DNA of 44,426 nucleotides from a virus. Under the pieces are notes generated by a model, which was given only the letters and a program-made list of their open reading frames with translations, made no database searches and was not told the origin of the DNA. Location of the stretch: positions 1 through 44,426 of the IMG/VR virus record IMGVR_UViG_3300043313_000403; one strand, written 5' to 3'. A program made the translations under genes and the position numbers. Below, in pieces: positions 24,374-33,103 of this stretch. Every line of letters begins with the position of its first letter. The first letter of the stretch is position 1.

Positions 24374-25411
24374 TCAAGTCTTGATACACGTTAGAACCGT
24401 AGCCGAATACGGCCTAACTTCATTGCCGTCCGCCGATCCGCCTTGCGAATTGAAGTTTAGATTAATCGGGTGTAAATGATCAATGGACCGATCCCAAAAG
24501 CCAGTAGTTGCCGGCAAATTGTGTGTATGATTGATATCGGTAAGGCCGGTATTGGCCGCTCGAATAGCTTTTTCGTTATGGGAATCAAACCAACGGACTC
24601 CTACAGGGTTATCGTAGGCTTCGTTATAAGGATGCGAGTGTGGGTTACTTTGGTTCATTCCCCCCGTGGTGCCACCTAAGGCATGAGCATGATTTAAATC
24701 GCGATCTGACGCCCCCGTTCGAGAATCGTTGAGATATATTTGATGGTAATGAGATAGGTTGCACGGATTTTGTAATGTGCCCACGACGCTCGCCAATGTT
24801 GAATTATCTCGGTGCCGTCTGTAACGTGACAAGAAATTTGGTACATTGAAAGTAGTACTTCCATCGCCGCCGCCCCAAGTGACTCCGATGGTACCGAACA
24901 AAGCTGCGTAAGTAGTGCGCGACACTGCTTGACCATCACACGTAAGCCAACCAGGGGGAGGACTAGGCATCGCAAAATCCATAACGGCACCGGCAGGAAC
25001 CGTACCGTCGCCAACTAAACGACCAGCAACGGCAAATTGCTTGGGCGAAGTACTAAAGTTAGCGCCATAGAAACCGATATCGGGAGCATTGGCGAAAGAT
25101 ATAGATGGAGCAGACCCATTCCCGGTTGCAGCTAAAAGAACTCCAGGAAGTGACACATTGCCGGTTTGCCGGTTTATGTTGATTGGGTCATCAATCCGTA
25201 ACCCATCATTACCAAACCTAGTGATAAGAAACGGACCACTCGTACTAACTGGATTATCATCACCCGTCGTGATGGTCCATTGGCCAGACTGTCGCACCAT
25301 CTTGGCTTCAATGATGTCCCAATTGCCGTTGGTCTTGGTGCCCCACGTATTGTTGGACGCGCCGACTTCAGGCTTGATCATCCCCAGTTTGGGTGTAGTT
25401 GTGTCGGCCAT
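24374..25411 (-). CDS. Tail fibre protein with phage tail-collar domain
   Basis: PAGAVMDFAMPSPPPGWLTCDGQAVSRTTYAALFGTIGVTWGGGDGSTTFNVPNF is a textbook tail-collar motif. The N-terminus TPKLGMIKPEVGASNNTWGTKTNGNWDII resembles that of the 563-aa fibre. The C-terminus has His-rich repeats. Confidence 0.85.
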   Translation of the reverse strand: MADTTTPKLGMIKPEVGASNNTWGTKTNGNWDIIEAKMVRQSGQWTITTGDDNPVSTSGPFLITRFGNDGLRIDDPININRQTGNVSLPGVLLAATGNGSAPSISFANAPDIGFYGANFSTSPKQFAVAGRLVGDGTVPAGAVMDFAMPSPPPGWLTCDGQAVSRTTYAALFGTIGVTWGGGDGSTTFNVPNFLSRYRRHRDNSTLASVVGTLQNPCNLSHYHQIYLNDSRTGASDRDLNHAHALGGTTGGMNQSNPHSHPYNEAYDNPVGVRWFDSHNEKAIRAANTGLTDINHTHNLPATTGFWDRSIDHLHPINLNFNSQGGSADGNEVRPYSATVLTCIKT

Positions 25412-25423
25412 ATTACCCTCGCA

Positions 25424-25591
25424 TCACTTGATGCAGCGTTCAAGAATTTTATCGCGGCGCTCGACGGCTTCGCTTACTTGTGTCAAAGTAAGCGCGAACC
25501 CTATCAACACAAACGTGTTAATCAACAGCACCGCCAACAGAAACGGCGTCTGTTTAAAATCCCTGACGATTGTTTCAACAATCTGGTTCAT
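25424..25591 (-). CDS. 55-aa single-pass membrane protein
   Basis: MNQIVETIVRDFKQTPFLLAVLLINTFVLIGFALTLTQVSEAVERRDKILERCIK. Its ATG overlaps the stop of the remnant ORF. Below the track cutoff. Confidence 0.4.
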   Translation of the reverse strand: MNQIVETIVRDFKQTPFLLAVLLINTFVLIGFALTLTQVSEAVERRDKILERCIK

Positions 25592-25620
25592 TTGATTTTG
25601 GTGAGTTGATAGTCGGACAT
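25588..25620 (-). pseudogene. 10-codon remnant (MSDYQLTKIK*) of the fibre-associated gene seen intact at 27061-27363
   Basis: The first 7 codons and the upstream junction are nucleotide-identical to the start of CDS 27061-27363 (MSDYQLT...). The frame then stops. Confidence 0.55.
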
Positions 25621-25634
25621 GTCAGAGCCTCGCG
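25600..25634. repeat. 35-bp direct repeat copy 1 (fibre stop / downstream gene start junction)
   Basis: ggtgagttgatagtcggacatgtcagagcctcgcg is identical to 27343-27377. Confidence 0.95.
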
Positions 25635-27061
25635 TCGAATAGAGCACCGCCTTGCGTAGTGAAAGCATTGCCAGTAGCTAACCCACCCGCAAAGGTCATA
25701 TTTATGCCGACCTGGTTGTTGTCGATGGTGTTGATCGCCATGCTTGTTGCTTCCACCCAAGCAGCACCGTTATAGAAGGACCACCTTCCATTCGTGACAC
25801 CATTCGCCCCGCGATAAAAAGTCACGGCTGGGTTGCTTCTCATCGGCCTAAAGAATTGTTTAAGGACAGTAATGGCGGTGGACGAAACAACATTCCCAAT
25901 ATGTTGAGCGCCCGTTATGCCGTCACTTACAGCCCCTTCAGGATTAAACCCGATCTTTTGTAGATACCTCTGGCACGTAACCAGTTCCTGATCGTAAGGC
26001 CGCATGATCAACGGCGAGCGCGCGGCGGATGGCGCTTCGATGCCGGGGAGGACGATCAGGCCAGAAATACGAAAAACATCTGAGGTAGCGGCAACGGCAT
26101 TCACTTGACCGGGCGCGGCCTGATAGCCTGTCGAGAGCCACGTATTAGCCGTTGGCGCGGTCAAAGCAGCGCCACTAGCCATCGGGAAGGCTAAAACAAT
26201 ACCAATGCCGTTAGTCGTGAGCCAAGTACCATCTGTGCATCCGGGGATGGTAACAATGTTGTATTGAGAAACATCAGCCACGGCTTGTGTGTAAGCAGCG
26301 CAGTAACTGCGGTTGCCCGCGCCATTGCTTGCCGTAATCGAGTAAACGCCTGTCCGGTGGTGCGCCGTCCAGAAACCTATCGTTATCGGCAGGGCATTCG
26401 CCGTCCCCCACGCCAGACGCGCCACGCGATAGCCTTCTATGCGATGATGTAAAATAGAATAATCCGAAGCACCAAGCGATGGTTGAGCGGTTGAGACTGC
26501 CGAGTAGAGCACCGCAGGGAGACCGGGGGCCAAGGGGGCAGACAAAGCCATTCCTGACGACACGACCATCGTACCCGTTTTTAGGTAGGTCCAATTGTCG
26601 CAAATGACACTGCCGGATGACGAACTCGTATTTCCTACGCCAAGCTCCTGATTTATCTCCATCCCGCCGTTGATCTGCATGCCGCTGTAGGCCATCGCAT
26701 CGAACGGTGCGGCGTAGATGTTCTGGCGCGATGTTACAACGTTAGCGACGTCGCTCAGATTAGCTGTTTTTAAGAGCCTAAGAGCATCTTGGGTATCGAC
26801 GTAACTTTGAGAAACGGTACCAGCTACCGCCGTATCGACGTAATCCTTGCGCACCGCATTCGCTGCTGCTGGCGTTGTCGGCAACGTCAAATGGCCCGTC
26901 ATCGTGTCGCCAGCTACATCTACATAGCGAAGATCAGCATCGGCCTGAGTAATACCGCCGCCAGCCGCAGTCGGCGTGATACCCCACTTCTCACCGTCCC
27001 AAGTATACTTATCGTACACTGTTCCGGGGGTAGGCGAAACTGGGAAGTCAAGCGCGGCCAT
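25622..27061 (-). CDS. Tail fibre protein 2 (479 aa), paralog of the C-terminal two-thirds of the 563-aa fibre
   Basis: Shares NIYAAPFDAMAYSGMQING, IEGYRVARL.WG.ANA.P.T.GFW.AH, VTIPGC.DG.W, VLPGIEAP.AAR and RP.DQELVTC.RY with CDS 27365-29056. The N-terminus FPVSPTPGTVYDKYTWDGEKW is typical of fibres. Confidence 0.8.
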   Translation of the reverse strand: MAALDFPVSPTPGTVYDKYTWDGEKWGITPTAAGGGITQADADLRYVDVAGDTMTGHLTLPTTPAAANAVRKDYVDTAVAGTVSQSYVDTQDALRLLKTANLSDVANVVTSRQNIYAAPFDAMAYSGMQINGGMEINQELGVGNTSSSSGSVICDNWTYLKTGTMVVSSGMALSAPLAPGLPAVLYSAVSTAQPSLGASDYSILHHRIEGYRVARLAWGTANALPITIGFWTAHHRTGVYSITASNGAGNRSYCAAYTQAVADVSQYNIVTIPGCTDGTWLTTNGIGIVLAFPMASGAALTAPTANTWLSTGYQAAPGQVNAVAATSDVFRISGLIVLPGIEAPSAARSPLIMRPYDQELVTCQRYLQKIGFNPEGAVSDGITGAQHIGNVVSSTAITVLKQFFRPMRSNPAVTFYRGANGVTNGRWSFYNGAAWVEATSMAINTIDNNQVGINMTFAGGLATGNAFTTQGGALFDARL

Positions 27062-27363
27062 TATTCGCCCTTCATCTTCTGTACGAAATCAGCTATCGAT
27101 AGCGGTGGCTCGCCTTCTATCTCTCGCAGCCGGTTCTCATGATCGTACATTATTAATTGCGCATCACTTGGTGTCGGCGGAACTGGCTCGGGTGGAACAT
27201 ACGGATCAGGGGTATTACCGCCTTCCTTCCACTGGATATAACCGGGACTGAAGGCATCGCCGTTATAGTCGCGGTTCGCCATGTCGGGCGGAATGCATGC
27301 GCCATCGAGGTTTCTGATGACGCTGCAGGGTTCTTCGGTTGCGGTGAGTTGATAGTCGGACAT
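27061..27363 (-). CDS. Fibre-associated protein (100 aa; possible assembly factor)
   Basis: It starts 1 nt after the fibre stop and has TAATG coupling to the next fibre gene. Pro-rich middle. The function is inferred from position only. Confidence 0.55.
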   Translation of the reverse strand: MSDYQLTATEEPCSVIRNLDGACIPPDMANRDYNGDAFSPGYIQWKEGGNTPDPYVPPEPVPPTPSDAQLIMYDHENRLREIEGEPPLSIADFVQKMKGE

Positions 27364-27377
27364 GTCAGAGCCTCGCG
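27343..27377. repeat. 35-bp direct repeat copy 2
   Basis: Identical to 25600-25634. Confidence 0.95.
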
Positions 27378-29056
27378 CTTGCGGTCCAGTGTAACGTAAG
27401 GTTATATTGATTTGCGGCGGCAGAATTGGCGAGCCAGCGAAATCCGCGTTCGCCTATCATGTCTGTTGTTACGGCCACATCCCCAGTAAAAGCATCCTGT
27501 GCTTTATTTGCCGCGCCGGTATTCGGAGAATAGCCGATCACTGACGGTGCGGCCCGCATCGAAATACCAAACGAGACGACATGCCCTCCAGCCGGCAGTC
27601 CGCTCAAACCCGTCAGATAAAATGCCGCAACGCCCGCCGAGTTAACCGTCCCCGGCCGCACTGAATAATCGTAGCTCTTTTGCCAATATCTCCTGCACGT
27701 CACCAACTCCTGATCGAACGGTCTCATGATGAATGCTGCCCGCGCGGCGGTTGGCGCTTCGATGCCGGGGAGGACGACGACGCCGGAAAAGTTGAGCGAC
27801 GCGCCGGCTGTTCCAGCATTCACCTGTCCCGGCGCGGCAACATAAATCGTGCTGTACCAGGTATTTGCCGCAGGGCTGATCAAATTGGCCGCAGTCCCTA
27901 TGCAAAAACTCAAACTAATGCCAACGCCGTTGGTCTTATTCCACACTCCGTCTATGCAGCCGGGAATGGTTACAGTCTTGTACTCCTGCGCATTGCTCAC
28001 ATTTTGTGTATAGGTTGCTGTGTAGCAGCGGCTGCCATCAAAGTTGTTTACGGCAATAGAGTAAATTCCGGTTAGGCTGTGGGCGACCCAAAAACCCAAG
28101 GTCAACGGTTGCGCGTTTGCACTTCCCCAATTCAAGCGCGCGACGCGATAGCCTTCGATGAGTTGATATAATTGCGCACGTTGGCTGCTGCCAAACGTCA
28201 GCGACGTGCCGAACGTGAGTTGCACATAGTTGGGAATGCCGGGAAACCCATTAGAACCATAAACGGTCCCATACATACTCCCAGTTGCATTGTTAAATAT
28301 GGCCCAGCCGTCGCAGGCGTAAGTGGTGGCAGTGGCATCGGAAATAACGGGCGTCGTGATTGGATATTGCTGACTGACCTCCATCGACCCGTTGATCTGC
28401 ATGCCGCTGTACGCCATCGCGTCGAAGGGCGCGGCGTAGATGTTCTTGCGCGCGGTTGTTTGTTGCGCTTCGGTTATAACCTGCGCAGTATCATAGCGAA
28501 CAGCCTTGGTAGCTATCTCCGTAGTAACAGCGGTGGTAGAAGCCTTCGAAGTGTCGCTGGGATGAACATGATCGCCCCGCGCAAAAAATGCCGAAACACC
28601 GGGGGCAGCAATGCTATCCATTAATGGAGCAGCGTCCCAAGGCGCGTTACCTCCATTTGATAACGTGGTAAGCGCTACCCAATACGAATTAGGCGTAGGA
28701 TCAGTGTAATAAATATACAGAATACCGGTATCATTTTCAAACCACAGATTACCCGCCACGGGAGAATCAGGCGGGGTAAGCGAAATCGTAACAGAAGCTC
28801 CGCCGCCACTTCCGCCGCCACCTGACGAAGCGATGGTAAGCGTATCCGCAGTATCATCGTATGTAAGGGTTACGTTAGGTCCGGCCCGCAACAACGAAGC
28901 CACACGATCGTCGATTATTTCGCCGAGTTCGCTTACTGGAGTAATGCTAGCATCAAGTATATCAAAATTTACGTTTAATTTATTGCCCCAAGTGTCATCG
29001 GAAGCTCCGACGTCGGGCTTTGTTAGCGCGAGTTTTGGTGTATATTCGTCAGACAT
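27365..29056 (-). CDS. Tail fibre protein 1 (563 aa)
   Basis: N-terminal anchor-like motif TPKLALTKPDVGASDDTWGNKLNVNFDILD and a Gly run (SSGGGGSGGGAS). The C-terminal region is paralogous to CDS 25622-27061. Confidence 0.8.
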   Translation of the reverse strand: MSDEYTPKLALTKPDVGASDDTWGNKLNVNFDILDASITPVSELGEIIDDRVASLLRAGPNVTLTYDDTADTLTIASSGGGGSGGGASVTISLTPPDSPVAGNLWFENDTGILYIYYTDPTPNSYWVALTTLSNGGNAPWDAAPLMDSIAAPGVSAFFARGDHVHPSDTSKASTTAVTTEIATKAVRYDTAQVITEAQQTTARKNIYAAPFDAMAYSGMQINGSMEVSQQYPITTPVISDATATTYACDGWAIFNNATGSMYGTVYGSNGFPGIPNYVQLTFGTSLTFGSSQRAQLYQLIEGYRVARLNWGSANAQPLTLGFWVAHSLTGIYSIAVNNFDGSRCYTATYTQNVSNAQEYKTVTIPGCIDGVWNKTNGVGISLSFCIGTAANLISPAANTWYSTIYVAAPGQVNAGTAGASLNFSGVVVLPGIEAPTAARAAFIMRPFDQELVTCRRYWQKSYDYSVRPGTVNSAGVAAFYLTGLSGLPAGGHVVSFGISMRAAPSVIGYSPNTGAANKAQDAFTGDVAVTTDMIGERGFRWLANSAAANQYNLTLHWTASARL

Positions 29057-29264
29057 TTAACACCGGTTTGGTAACTGGTAGCCATATTTCGGCGGCGCTG
29101 CAGCTAAACGGTGGATTAGTGGATCCCCAACCATCAGGGGGAAGTCCTGACACCGGAACCCAAGCGCTGGTGGGCGGCTCCGATGGAATAGGCTGCCACA
29201 AAAGCCAAAAATCGTAGCTATATCTACCGTAAGCAAGCCTACCATATTTGCGCCCATCAGCCAA
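29049..29264 (-). CDS. Possible small virion-module protein (71 aa)
   Basis: It overlaps both neighbours by 8 nt. The N-terminus KYGRLAYGRYSYD resembles the YG-repeat beginnings of some tail proteins. Confidence 0.4.
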   Translation of the reverse strand: MADGRKYGRLAYGRYSYDFWLLWQPIPSEPPTSAWVPVSGLPPDGWGSTNPPFSCSAAEIWLPVTKPVLNV

Positions 29265-29889
29265 ACGACTTCTTCCTTGTCGGCATCAACACAGAACCGC
29301 TCGCCATGTCGATCTTATGTTGTGCGTTCATCCCGTTGACCATCCGGACCACTTCCTTATCCCAAATTTCTACCCGCTGGTCTTCGATTGCGTACAACGC
29401 GGCGGTGTGCAGAATTTTGAGAGTGTAGACGGTCTGGTGGTAGCAGTTCGCCCAGTTGTTAACATCATTCGTGAGTGGCGGAATGCTCTGATAATACGCC
29501 AGTTCGACATCCACGTTGTCATTCGGCTCGTTGATAATCAAATAGTTGCCGAGGATGGTGTAACGACTGGTTCGAGTGTCGAACGGCGGTGCGGGGTCAT
29601 CCGGAAATTCCGGGTTGTAAAACGTGTCGGGGGTCTGATAACGACAAACGCCGCCTGTATCCAAGCGACGGACCAGCCGAATTTCCTGCCAATCCAGTGG
29701 CAACGCCATTCGCTCGGTGATCACCGGAGCGGTGTCGATCTGAACCATATGCTTGACGCGAAGAGCAGTTGAAAGATATTCCTCAGCCATGCGAATCCAG
29801 CCGGTGACAACTGGGTCCGGATAAACATCCTCGCCTATCGCCAACCAGTTACGGATTTCGACGCATTTGTCGGTGAGAAATGTGCCCAT
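29257..29889 (-). CDS. Putative head-tail adaptor / tail tubular A-type protein (210 aa)
   Basis: Size and position only. TAATG coupling to the upstream gene. Confidence 0.5.
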   Translation of the reverse strand: MGTFLTDKCVEIRNWLAIGEDVYPDPVVTGWIRMAEEYLSTALRVKHMVQIDTAPVITERMALPLDWQEIRLVRRLDTGGVCRYQTPDTFYNPEFPDDPAPPFDTRTSRYTILGNYLIINEPNDNVDVELAYYQSIPPLTNDVNNWANCYHQTVYTLKILHTAALYAIEDQRVEIWDKEVVRMVNGMNAQHKIDMASGSVLMPTRKKSFG

Positions 29890-30197
29890 TATTTACCAAC
29901 CCTGCCGCGCCAAATTCGGAATGCCGCATTATCTGGGTCGTCGAGCCAACGCGCCCAGTCTTTGCTGTCCCAACCTTCGAGAATGGATTTCTCGTAGACT
30001 GCGACGGGCACCCCTCGTGCCACCAACTTATTAGTGGAGCGTCTAGGGTGGAGTTCCCTCATTATCTTATTATTTTCGAGGGCCTGCGTTAGGTCTTGTT
30101 CGGTATAGACACGGACCGTTTCAGGTTCATCGTCTTCCCACACCATCGTGCGCTTCACAGCGCCGTCGTTTTGATACACATGCTTTCGTTCGGTCAT
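29889..30197 (-). CDS. Hypothetical protein (102 aa)
   Basis: I used the ATG at 30197. The track start at 30224 is the TTG of the promoter -35 box. This ATG overlaps the -10 hexamer, so the start is uncertain. Confidence 0.5.
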   Translation of the reverse strand: MTERKHVYQNDGAVKRTMVWEDDEPETVRVYTEQDLTQALENNKIMRELHPRRSTNKLVARGVPVAVYEKSILEGWDSKDWARWLDDPDNAAFRIWRGRVGK

Positions 30198-30224
30198 ACT
30201 AGCACGGCCTGAGTTCGCTGTCAA
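30196..30224 (-). promoter_or_regulatory. sigma70-type internal late promoter (tail and fibre genes)
   Basis: The reverse complement reads TTGACA-gcgaactcaggccgtgc-TAGTAT in the short gap after CDS 30243-30668. Confidence 0.55.
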
Positions 30225-30242
30225 GTTACTTAGGAATATGGC

Positions 30243-30668
30243 CTACTGAAGTTGAAGTACGCCGTTAGTCGCATCAAAGTCGACGGTGAAGTTTTGCCCC
30301 GATGTAAGGCTGACTGGCGTAGTGTTATCCCACCACCCAATTAACTGAACGCCTGCCGCCGCCGTCGAGTTATACAACACCACGTATTGAAATGCCGCAG
30401 CAGTTCCGGTCGCCGCGATTACAAGATCAGTTGCATTTAGTTTGTAAATACCGCCGGATTGTGCAGACGTAACGCCAGTCAACGTGCGCGCCGCGAGATT
30501 AGACAGACCCGTATAAGCAATTTCCACCACGTTCGCCAACGTGGTAAACGACGCCAACTGCGGCGTAGCCGACAGCGCAATCACCAGTGCATCGCTCTGA
30601 AGGTTGTGGCCCTTTTCCGCAAGCGACTCTACGAACGTGTTATACTTATTGAATGGTTGAGTCGGCAT
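30243..30668 (-). CDS. Virion structural protein (141 aa), function unknown
   Basis: Strong AGGAGA RBS. Beta-rich, Ala/Thr-rich composition. Confidence 0.6.
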   Translation of the reverse strand: MPTQPFNKYNTFVESLAEKGHNLQSDALVIALSATPQLASFTTLANVVEIAYTGLSNLAARTLTGVTSAQSGGIYKLNATDLVIAATGTAAAFQYVVLYNSTAAAGVQLIGWWDNTTPVSLTSGQNFTVDFDATNGVLQLQ

Positions 30669-30677
30669 ATAAATCTC

Positions 30678-33098
30678 CTATGAATGGTTAATCGCGACCA
30701 TCGCGTCCCACGAAGCGAGCGACGGCGTGTATTCGTCACCCTCAAATGTCGCCCACTGGTTCGGGCCGGGCAGCAGCAACCACGTCCAAGTCGCTGACTT
30801 CGACTGCGCCATGAATTGTGCGTATTGATCGGTCACGATCTGGCCGAATATCGGATCGTGCTTGAAGGCCATCAACATCTTGGCGACACGGCCGGTTTCA
30901 TTGTCGTACTTGCTTGCGATGCAGGTCTGTGTCCCCGTCCCTGCTCCGGTGAAATTAATTATTGTACCGCCCACTGGCGCAGTTGAAACATCGAACGCAT
31001 TGGCCGTCGCATTGGCGATGTAGTAGTGACCACGATCCCCAGCACCCGCGTAATCGTACCACCATATGTCAGACGGCACGGTATTGCCGGGCGCAGTGAA
31101 GCCAATCGATGCGCCATTTGGAAATCCGTGCGCCGTCCAGTTCACCGCTGGATGCGATCCGACATTGAACGTTACCGTGTGCGATACACTTACACCCAGC
31201 ACGATAGACGTTTGCAACTCGCGGAAATAATACGCCTCGAAGCCGCCTTCGTAACACTCGATGGTGCGATTAGTGTATTGCGCACAAATTGTATTCCACG
31301 GCGGATAAATATTGTCGTTCAGGGATTTCAGAGTTTCGCCGCCAGCCGTCCCGCTTGAGGCCCAGTGACCGTCGCGAATATCCGCATTGAGAAAATTGAA
31401 CGCCGACGTAATTCCCGCACCACCAGCAGCGTAATTGTCCGCAGCTGTAATCAAACCAGCGACATTGGCTGCGCCAAGCGACTTGTAGTTTTCATCGAAG
31501 TTAGTCAATTGCGCGCCTGAGAAATACGTCGCGTAAGCCAGCACTTCGCACTTATCGATTGGTCGGTTAGGAGCCGTCCGATAGTTTGCCCCTGCACCGC
31601 CGCCCGTATAAGCGATGTAGTCCGCATCACCCGTCCCGCCGAGCGCGACCGAAGCCAGATCACTGCCCTTGATTCGATACAGATCAGTTCCGGTTGGCGA
31701 GCCAAACGCCTTGAAAGCCAGCACGCGCTTCATCTGCGTCGTCGTGCGTGGCGACCACGCCGATTCAATCAACCCGAACATTTCACGGCAGCGCAGTGCG
31801 TACCAGCCGAACGTCGCGCGCTCATCGGCATCGGCAGCGTCGAACCCCAGCTTGATGCCACGCTGACGCGCCACGTTAGTATGGTAATATCCCGGAGAGT
31901 TGTTCCACACTTCGTTAGCATACTCAAAATAGGCATTAAGGTTTGAGTTGAGCCGCGTCCGCACCAGAGCGGTCAGCGCCGTAACCGATGCGTCGTTGAA
32001 TAGAAATGGAATATTCATCCAGAAGTGTGCGTTGATCCGGTTGGCAAAGCCGATCTGCAACTCATACGGCATTATCGCCGTCTGCGCCGGAATATCATTC
32101 ATAAGCCACACGTCAAGAACATCGTCATAAATCAACGTCGCCAACTGACCAGCGGCGATAGCGTTTTGCGGTGTTGGAAACTTGTTGTAGATCGGCTTGG
32201 GGCCACGACCATTTGAATTGAGCGTCAAGCTACCCGGAGCGCTGGATGCATTAGTGAATTGCAGCTGGATCATCTCACCACGAACATAAACGCCGGTCGC
32301 GTCTGGCTGTGGGCCGCAAGTGTATGCGTTGGTACTTGATCCCGTCGTCCCTGCCCACGCTCCCGGTGCCCAACTGACAGTGGTTCTATCAAGTGAAGTC
32401 TGCCAGTTCGGCACATAGCGCAACTGACTGACGTTGGCCCCTTCGTTCGGGTTGGTCCACCCCATCGGGCGGATCACCTTCGGATTAAGCGCATCATAGA
32501 TGGCGACGTATTCATCAATGAACATATCTTCCGGCGTCGTCGCCGAGAGCACCGCAGCCTCGTCCGACAACCGGCACAGGATCAAATTCGCGATGTTGGT
32601 GAAGGTTGATCCCGGTTGGAATACAAGATTGAGGCCCTGTACCAAATCCAGGACTGGACCATTGAACGTGAATGTTATTCTGCCATCAGTGCCACTCACA
32701 TTGAGATTGAAGGCGGTACTACCAACGACAAACGATGCACCAGATACAACGGCAAACCCCGGCGCACTACGCAATAGCTGTATAGCTCCTGTAGCGTTGG
32801 TCGCTGTGCCAGTCCATCGCAATACCATGACGGTCGATGCGGTGATGAACGATGGAAATTTGATCTTGCGTGCAATGTTGCCAGCGAGTGGTGATGCTGA
32901 ATTTTTCGGATAGCCATCGGCATTCATGTCCGCCGGATAAGCGTAGCCAGCCACGCCTGTAAACAAGTCAGAATTATTCTGGGCAAAATTTTTGAAAATA
33001 CCGAACGCCATCGGAAATCCGATCTGGCTCTTGCCAGTGACGCCCGAGATGTCTGGCGGCGGCGCATCGGAAGGTTTGTTCCAGCGGAGAAATCCCAT
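30678..33098 (-). CDS. Large virion protein (806 aa) with clan GH-A-like glycosidase core (putative depolymerase/tailspike)
   Basis: AYFEYANEVWN (Asn-Glu acid/base-like motif) and TIECYEGGFE (nucleophile-like Glu) are spaced about 215 aa apart, as in (beta/alpha)8 glycosidases. The assignment rests on motifs only. Confidence 0.5.
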   Translation of the reverse strand: MGFLRWNKPSDAPPPDISGVTGKSQIGFPMAFGIFKNFAQNNSDLFTGVAGYAYPADMNADGYPKNSASPLAGNIARKIKFPSFITASTVMVLRWTGTATNATGAIQLLRSAPGFAVVSGASFVVGSTAFNLNVSGTDGRITFTFNGPVLDLVQGLNLVFQPGSTFTNIANLILCRLSDEAAVLSATTPEDMFIDEYVAIYDALNPKVIRPMGWTNPNEGANVSQLRYVPNWQTSLDRTTVSWAPGAWAGTTGSSTNAYTCGPQPDATGVYVRGEMIQLQFTNASSAPGSLTLNSNGRGPKPIYNKFPTPQNAIAAGQLATLIYDDVLDVWLMNDIPAQTAIMPYELQIGFANRINAHFWMNIPFLFNDASVTALTALVRTRLNSNLNAYFEYANEVWNNSPGYYHTNVARQRGIKLGFDAADADERATFGWYALRCREMFGLIESAWSPRTTTQMKRVLAFKAFGSPTGTDLYRIKGSDLASVALGGTGDADYIAYTGGGAGANYRTAPNRPIDKCEVLAYATYFSGAQLTNFDENYKSLGAANVAGLITAADNYAAGGAGITSAFNFLNADIRDGHWASSGTAGGETLKSLNDNIYPPWNTICAQYTNRTIECYEGGFEAYYFRELQTSIVLGVSVSHTVTFNVGSHPAVNWTAHGFPNGASIGFTAPGNTVPSDIWWYDYAGAGDRGHYYIANATANAFDVSTAPVGGTIINFTGAGTGTQTCIASKYDNETGRVAKMLMAFKHDPIFGQIVTDQYAQFMAQSKSATWTWLLLPGPNQWATFEGDEYTPSLASWDAMVAINHS

Positions 33099-33103
33099 TT
33101 ACG

